A DNA stretch of 55,070 nt, filler included, from Sphacelaria rigidula (lineage: Eukaryota): NCBI GenBank assembly GCA_964200075.2. It is 6 parts of 6 records of this genome, joined end to end, with 100 filler letters (N's around TTAATTAATTAA, not from the genome) between each part and the next. Parts side by side here need not be neighbours in the genome. Positions count along the whole stretch, not along the records: positions 45,977 to 55,070 come from CAXNAA020009316.1; 5 more parts are not named here. One strand, 5' to 3'. The notes beneath the pieces were generated by a model, which had not been told where the DNA came from, made no database searches, and worked only from the letters and a program-made list of their open reading frames with translations. The first letter of the stretch is position 1. Every line of letters begins with the position of its first letter. This document shows, one piece after another, positions 47,577-55,070 of this stretch. The position numbers were made by a program, and so were the translations under genes.

Positions 47577-50547
47577 TCTGGCTACCGCCGAAATATCAGG
47601 AATTGATCGCATTCGGGCTGACTGCTACCGCTGTACTGTACTGCTATGGAGGAGTGACTGCGATTCCTTTTCGAAAACATACGTTGCTAGAGATGGAACG
47701 GATGAGGGATCGCAAAGTTCTGTCGGGGTTGGTGCAGGCGGGGGGCGGGGAGGGGGGGGAAGGGGTTTGCGGTGTAGGAAGCTAGTTGGGAGTTTTACGT
47801 ATGTACACAGATGTTCGACTTCACCTCGGTTGTAGCACCAAAAAAAATAAAAATAGGGTGCAGTTGGTGTCTATTTTCTGTAAATTGTGTGGTTTTCTGT
47901 TGGTTCCTCGGGCTACGTGTTGAAACATCGCTCTGGGTTGTACTCTTGAGTACTGTGCGTAGCTCCAGCTGTAGGCTTGCGGTCACGGGTCGTATCCAGT
48001 GGAATATGATGTGCTCCTTACCCGTGCTTTGAACTCTACTTCGGCAGTAGTCACTAGGCGCTGACGTCTCCAAAGATAAGTTTTATAAACAGTTACAAAA
48101 ACCCGGTAGACTCGTGGGTTCAAACAAAAAAAACGTGAACCTCACGATGTTGGCGTAAAGTAATGTGGAGACCACTTTCCTTGTTGACACGTGAAAAAAT
48201 TGTTGCGTTGTTTGTTGAACGTCTTCGACGGTTTTCGCTTGACCAGGTGCGTGCTCCCACCTATTTATTTACTTTTATTGCGGCCCCACCACAGTGTTTC
48301 GTTCGCTGTACATCTGGGGCGCTCGTCGAGGCTTATGTCGAGGGCCTGTGTGTGTCGGTGCGGAAAACGGATCTAGGAGTGGTCGTTCGCTCCGGTCCGT
48401 GTCTGTGATCATTGTTGGTGCTCTTACGGTCGCGGTCGTTCTTGGAGGTCCCCCGATGCAAGGTCGTGTCCCCGTACGTACGGTGAGTTTTCGGGACCCG
48501 AGAGATGGCTGGTACAGTGCTCTTAATCGTAGTACTGTGCCGTGTTTGAGTGACTACGTGCTTGTCTCTTTTTTTTTTCTCGCGCGTACGGGGGTGTGTC
48601 CTGCAGTTATTTTGGACTCATTTCGTTGAAGTGTCCCTCTGTAACGTCCCCTGACTGATCGAGTTGGGTTAGTTCTCCTGACGACACATGTGCTTCACGA
48701 CCGTACAACAGCTAGACTAGCGCTCGCGCACGTTGTTTCCCAGCCCACTGTGTGCGTGAAGACCTGCAGCGTCCGGGTCTGAGGAAGTTTCGTGTTTCCT
48801 GGCTGCTCTTGACTGTACTTGACTATTCCACATGGCTTGATTTTGTTGTTGCATGATTGATTGCTCTGCTTTTTAGGGGTTCGAGAGTTTTTCTTCTTTT
48901 TCCTTGAAGGAAGGAGGAAACCTCACCCAACACTTACCCCGCAAGCGGGTTCGTGTGCCAATTACTCGGGGGCTCGGCCAGACTGCCACGTGGCAGTTAT
49001 GTGGGGTAGGCGCCTCGAGCGCTCGCAAGCTTTGCTCGAGGCAGTGTGGGGATCGGACCCATCAAAGCCCCATGTCAACTTGCGGCAGTGCACGCGCCGC
49101 CACGCTCGTGAGAACTTCGGCCCCGGGTTCGAGATTGTTTTGGTCATCGCCGTGCGAACTGCGCCGTTTCCTCGTTCGTTTTGCTCTCGGTTTTGCCTGC
49201 ACGTGCGTGCCAGCCACAATTACCGTACAGTACTGTAGTATGACTTGTTCCGTAGAGGAATGGAAGTGGATACTTGAAGTGGCCGCTAGCGATTTTGTTC
49301 CAGTAATTCCAGTAATGCAGCAGCAAATGGTGATCCCGCGGGTGTTTTGGCATCACCTATATAAGCGACATGCTCCTGCGCGTGGTCGGAGGATTACCTG
49401 AAAAATATATATTATTGTGGTAATCGTGTGAATTTCGTGGGTAATTAAATACGCGTGCACTCGAGTGAGCACTTTAGGATGTATGGCTGAGGGAATATTT
49501 GATTTCAGCATGATCCATGATCCTTCGCTCGGGTAGTTTTGGCGGAGTGAGCGCTCGAAACACCGTCATAGCTGGGGGGCGATGTAACGTGAGCATTGTG
49601 GCCACACAAATATGCTTGCTAACGCATGACTATAAAACCCCTCTGGGTTTGTTGGTGTTTACGGCGCGTTCCTCCGCCGACGATGATTATTCTGTCTTTA
49701 CACCGATCTTCTCCACGTCGTGCTCAATGCCTGAACTGGTCCAAGGCTTCGCGGTCGTGCTGAAGGCCACGCTGGGGCCGACCGGGCTTGAAAGTGGGAC
49801 CATGTCGCATAACGTAATGCAAAAGCGGCGGATTGGAGCGTGGCGGGAACTTAAGGGGTTCCAGGCTCGGGGAAGAATGGTCTCAATGTTATGTAGTGGT
49901 CAATTATCGGTTCGAATCAGTCTTGGAGCGGAGCATTGACGTACGCGTAGCTAGATAATGTCAGTCGACGGGTTCGATGGATGCGAAGGGGCAGCTGAGG
50001 TACTGTCGTCAGTTCGGATGAATTTGCAGTATAGTACGGGCCAACAGGTCAGTGGCTTCAGTTGAGGACACGCAACTTTGTAACCAGATACTCGGTCCAT
50101 TACTCGTGCGTTTTGTGTTTTTGACATAATTCGGCTTGCCTGTTGTGAGAATCAATTTCAAAGTCACTCCAGATTCTCCATGAGAGGGGCAAAAGAGAAC
50201 AGTTTTATATCTGGGCGCGAATCAGCACAATGCATGATACACACGTGATTGTCGTCGACATGTATGATGACTCGAAGGGCAAATTTCAGCAGTGAGGTTG
50301 TCTGCGATGAGTACACAGAGGTTGAATCTGCTCGAAGACGCCCGAGGAGACGGACACATGAAACGAGAGAAGAAAAATATACATCACGGGTCCGCTGCTG
50401 CCAATAAAGTGTAATGAGAACGATTTAAGCCTGCACAAGAAAGGAAACAAAGAAGTCCTTCAAAGAACTCCAGAGGAGTCCTATTCAGGTGCTACCTCCG
50501 AACATGAGCAACGAGAAAAGAAGAAACAGCGGATTCTAAGACCTTCA

Positions 50548-50840
50548 TGTTTTCCAATTTTCCAATTCGTTGTTGTCTCAGGCTATTCCAGATTCGGCAT
50601 TGGATTTCTGTGACAGAAAAACAAGCAGAAATTTTCGAGAACTTTAAAAAAAACAAGCAACTTTTCAAGAACCGCTCAAAACATGACCCAATTATCTGGA
50701 GTACAGGGTAGTACACTGAACACAAGACAATTCTGCAGTTGTATATGAAGTGCAGACTACTACACTGGACACAAGACAACACGTCAGTTCTGCAGTGTTT
50801 TTGTAGTTCCAGAACCTGAAGACGGACTGCATACAGAACG
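50548..50840 (+). repeat. Dispersed repeat, homologous to 330-606
   Basis: See 330-606. Confidence 0.85.
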
Positions 50841-51279
50841 ACACCGCCACTACTGTACTCTCTGTGCTTGCAGAGTACAACCTGTACTCGGACAGGGGAG
50901 GTGAACAGCACGCTATCACTTGTGGATAGATACACTGCAGTAGCTGGGTATGCTTTGCTATTTTTTGTTGGTGAAAACTTGCATGTCTTCTCTCATGGTG
51001 GGCAACCGAGTTGCGTGCACGCTCATGGATAGTGCAGTCTATCCAAAGCTGCACGTTGATGAAATCCTCTTCACGTCGCATTGAAAGCAGGGAGAACTGA
51101 TAGTCCTGGGCTGTCTGCACTGCATGTTGCCCGCTTCTCCTTCATATCCTCCTGAACGAAACACGCACACACCCACTCAATACACCCTGCTCGCAAGCGG
51201 TGCAGACAGTACAGACTGTGTGTATTGTACACGAGTGATAATGTGCCGTGTTACGAATTTTAGGCACAGGGCCCATACA

Positions 51280-51823
51280 TGGGGATAATTTTGTAGCAAC
51301 TTAAATAATGTGCGCGAAGGGCGATCATGTCCGAGCGTTCAAGATCGGCACCCTGCAAACAGTGAGGGCCCATTTATAATCAGCCGAAGAACTAAAACAT
51401 GGGACATGTCTTGTCTCCCTGTACTGTAGCACAAACACACTTCCGCTCTCATGTGCTGTAGCTATCACTGTTCTGGGGTGTGTTTGCCCCTTGATACGTG
51501 ATCCGTAAACAGGGACAGCTAGACACGACTGATGAAGTCGATCAAAGGACACGGCTGAGCCGATCATGTTGCTGTAGAAGAGTAGTATTACATAACTTGA
51601 CTAAGCCAGTCAAGGAAGGAAAAGAAGGAAGAGAACGAAGTGACTGGGTATGGCTACCCCAACACCGTGACAAGCAAACATTGCGTACGTAGGTACAAGA
51701 CATACGCCTACTATGGTATCAAATCCCACCGCATGTAACTGTCACAACCCGTGAAGACGGATATCTCTGTACCGTGGCTGATCAGTACTGTAGACTACAC
51801 TGAAAAGGCTGTTCACCTTAACA
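51280..51823 (-). mobile_element. Possible decayed Copia-type LTR
   Basis: On the minus strand, AAGGGGGG directly precedes TGTTAA (51823), and CA (51280) is followed by TGTATGGGCCCTGT, resembling the copia PBS GGTTATGGGCCCAGT. Confidence 0.35.
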
Positions 51824-52116
51824 CCCCCCTTGGGCAGTCGTTTCAGTAGTAGGCTTACGGGAAATCAATCTAGACAACGATTCTTCTTGTGAGCGGGCAT
51901 GTCTCTCAAGACTACTCACGTCACTGAACAGGTACTCATGGAGAAGAAATCGCACCTGCCCCCCCATAGACAATATATACCAGAACCATATGTGCGCCCC
52001 TTCTTTTGAAAAGTTACACTACTTCAAAATTCTCTGTACCTCATTCAAATTCTTGCGCTAAAAGATCCCGATCACCGTTCCAAGATCCAAAACCAAGCTC
52101 TCTCAGAACTAGAATA

Positions 52117-52372
52117 GAGTGATGCTACGGTAGGGGTACATGAATATTTTCTGAGGTTTGCATTGTTAGGAGCCCTTTATCTCATCCAAAACACGACTTT
52201 TAAAATATGCGATAGTACGCCAGGATTACTATTCGAATGTGCTGGGGATATTCCGAGTATATCTGCTAACGGGGATGCCCTGACCCATATTATTGTGCGT
52301 TTACAATCGTTAGGAGCCCCTGAACCAGACAAAAATTCGCGAAAAAAGTGTACACCTACCGTAGCATTGCTC
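52117..52372. mobile_element. GAG..CTC MITE (Sola-like), TSD AATA
   Basis: AATA|GAGTGATGCTACGGTAGGGG ... CCTACCGTAGCATTGCTC|AATA. Confidence 0.9.
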
Positions 52373-53218
52373 AATAATAATTACATTCATACTTGGAAAT
52401 TTGCGAACAAACTCTCATTTTCTGCGCTTTCCCATGGTGTAAACAATACAGTGCACACTGGGTATCGGTTCAGACATGTATCCAAACCTGCAGCATAGTA
52501 CAAAATCAAGACTTTAACGCTCATCATCTCGCATTACAGCGTGCGCATCATCAAGTGCACATGACCTATTTTTAAACTCCGAGATATCAATCTTCGAAAC
52601 AGAAAACAGAGAAGCCCTCACGCTCATCTTTCGAAGTACAGCGTGCGCATCATCGGGTGCACATGTCCTATTTTCAAATATTCTAAACATCAATTTTCCA
52701 AACAGAAAAACAGGAAATACTGGAAAGACTGTGCAACTCTTACATCGCGATCCGGCGTAGCAATAATTCTCGGCACATACTGTCAATCAACCAAAATTCT
52801 ACTCAGCAAACAGCGAACCGGCAGAGCGAAGTTTTGCTCAACTGTGTTCAACACCCGTAATCAAAAGCACAACATGACATAATAAGATCCTCCCTCCCCC
52901 CTCATTTTTTGCTTTCAAACAGTCCGCGTCTCTCTCTTGCCCCCCTCGTTTGGGGCTACGGCACTGGGGGGGGTGGGCATCGTGGAGCGTTGTTCCGTTT
53001 TTCCACCGGTGTCCATCAAGAGGTCCACGCGACAGGTGTTGTGCTCGTTGCCGGTCCGTGTCCACTCAACATTAGCTTGCCACCTATCGCAGGGATTTCA
53101 AATATCGAGCCTCACCGGGGATTGAGGCTCGACGCGACACAGGGAAAAAATTGGGGAAATATCAAGAATTGCATCAGTTACCACATCTCATCAATATAGT
53201 GATACCTACTCCACCGAC

Positions 53219-53415
53219 CGTTGTAATGCATAAGAGGACCACGTGCTTAGAGGACCGCGCCGTAGTCCAAAACACCCCAGGATCGACTTTTTTCGAAACC
53301 AATCAGGCCAGTCCCTGCAGGAACCACGCCCGACCCTAACCCTAACCCCAACCATAGGGATGTTCAAATTCAGATGCGGTCCTCTAAGCACGCGGTCCTC
53401 TCACGCATTATACCG
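53219..53415. mobile_element. MITE with approx. 40-bp TIRs and internal CCCTAA units
   Basis: TAATGCATAAGAGGACCACGTGCTTAGAGGACCGC / GCGGTCCTCTAAGCACGCGGTCCTCTCACGCATTA; internal CCCTAACCCTAACCCCAACC. Confidence 0.7.
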
Positions 53416-55070
53416 TTATAATCAAACGGAAAAAAAAACTTTCTACAAAGATTCACATCTCAACAGTCATCTGTATCTTACGCATCCTTGCTTCGACAAA
53501 CACACCTGTTTATCCATGACGTGTGAACATGCCCGAGCACATTTTGGTCAGTTCACCAGGTTACAACTCCGGTCAACCAAGAACAATTTGCGCTCTACAC
53601 TCTTGTTTTGGCATGCCGTGCCAGCATGCTCCCACCGTACATGATCCCAGTGCCATCAATATATATCTTGACCACCAATCACGTAGGGGGGAAAATGAAC
53701 ATTTCTTCTTTTATAGTGTCATGCAATAACACCTGTTCTTCACCTCATGCATGGTACTAGTTCTGCCAGCTCACAGCCTCAAAACTACATCCAAAACGGG
53801 TTCAAAGTAAGCATTTCCTATTTTTCATGTCATGCGTAACATGTCTTTTGTTCGTACCTACCACATACGGAATACGTGATTTGTACTCAGTCTGTACCCC
53901 ACAGGGCACCGGTTATTACTGTTCCTTTTTCAAACAGCCCGCCCCCCGTTTAATCAACCGTCAATGCCACAAGTCGTGACCAAACGCACTTTGACACCTC
54001 TCGAGTTTCTGCCTCCTTATGGGAATCGAGATCAAGGGGCAGTCCAAGCAAATTCACGAGGAGAAGTGCCCCTCTCTACTCTGTAAAAATGAAGGACCAA
54101 GCAGTATGATTAAATCAAGATTGACTCTACGGAGTATATGTCTCAGTGTAATACCTGACGTCGAGATCGGTACATCCCTGAAGAAAAGGGCCTCAACGCC
54201 GGTCACATACCGAGATCATCATGTAATCGAGTCATCCACCCGATATGACAACAAGCACATCTCATCGTCGACCTGCAAAGTTAGAGAAATTCAACTGCAC
54301 TCCAAGGGAGGGCGGATTGTGTAATACTTCCTATGCAATCAAGATACCTACCCTTCTACCAACCAAGTTAGTGGAAATTCAACCAAGACTTTCAGGGATG
54401 ATAGAACGTGCAATTCACTAACGTTGAGATCGGTATATCCCTTGTAAAAAGGTCTCAACGCCGGCCAAGGCCATCCACCTACCGTAATCAGCCTGAGAGT
54501 CCTTCATGTTTCACAGCACACGTGAGATTCTTGTGCGCATTCTTTTTATAATGATACATCATCGTACAACTCCGTCTAATTTTACGTGTTGGCCCACATA
54601 TTTTGTCACAAACAACCGCAGAACGGAATGCACCAACTATTCCCTCGAGGAACTTTGTCCTGCCGAGATGGGGAAAACATACCCAGCAGTTTCAGTAAAA
54701 CAGTCGCTTCAGCTCAAATCCTCTGACGGCTCACCCTACTGTTACTACAGCGCCACAATTCATGCCACAATATCCGTCTAGGACACACTGATCAGCAGCC
54801 ACCTGCAGACACGCTCACCGCCGCCATCACATTTCATCCCCATGATTGTCATGTAACAGTCTGGCTCCACCCAAAAAATCAAAATCCATCACTGCGCGAA
54901 TACTGTACTGAAGTCCCGGGAATTAAAACACCTTGCAAATCAAGAAATCCTCGCGGTACCACGCCATTCGGTGCAGTACTCACGTTTGGGACATATGCCC
55001 CCGATGAATCTTCTTCACCCCTTCTCCGTGCACAAGTTAGACGGTGCGCGCCCCCCTGCCCAGTGTTGCA

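Noticed and set aside
52515..52680. Approx. 103-bp two-copy tandem repeat (also 54155-54470 and 10859-10899)
   Set aside because: Ordinary local duplications with no further structure

Overview
This window is eukaryotic, intron-rich nuclear DNA, most likely from a brown alga or related photosynthetic stramenopile. That is an inference from bipartite plastid presequences with an AF motif, long GT-AG introns and abundant MITEs. It is not one locus. Six contigs (9096, 9096, 9096, 9094, 9094 and 9094 bp) are joined by identical 100-bp N44-TTAATTAATTAA-N44 spacers, so gene neighbourhood across gaps carries no meaning. Gene pieces reconstructed from splice sites and phase are: the 3' part of a coiled-coil protein ending DDDWEGWD; the 5' part of plastid-targeted GUN4; a spliced bacterial-type HU protein with a probable plastid presequence; the 3' part of a Q/H/G-rich protein; one internal SmpB exon; a 6-7 exon minus-strand gene of unknown function with Cys motifs; and the last exon of an MFS (MFSD4/FucP-like) transporter. 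The rest is dense with non-autonomous transposons. These include a hAT-type MITE with an 8-bp TSD, three GAG..CTC (Sola-like) MITEs with 4-bp TSDs, a piggyBac-like MITE, foldback MITEs, a TIR element carrying 42-bp tandem arrays, a double-headed tRNA-derived SINE, a decayed RTE-like RT and a possible Copia LTR. I found no CRISPR array, rRNA or functional tRNA, and no new multi-gene system that I can support. The best leads are the nuclear HU and SmpB, the uncharacterised Cys-motif protein and the array-carrying TIR element.
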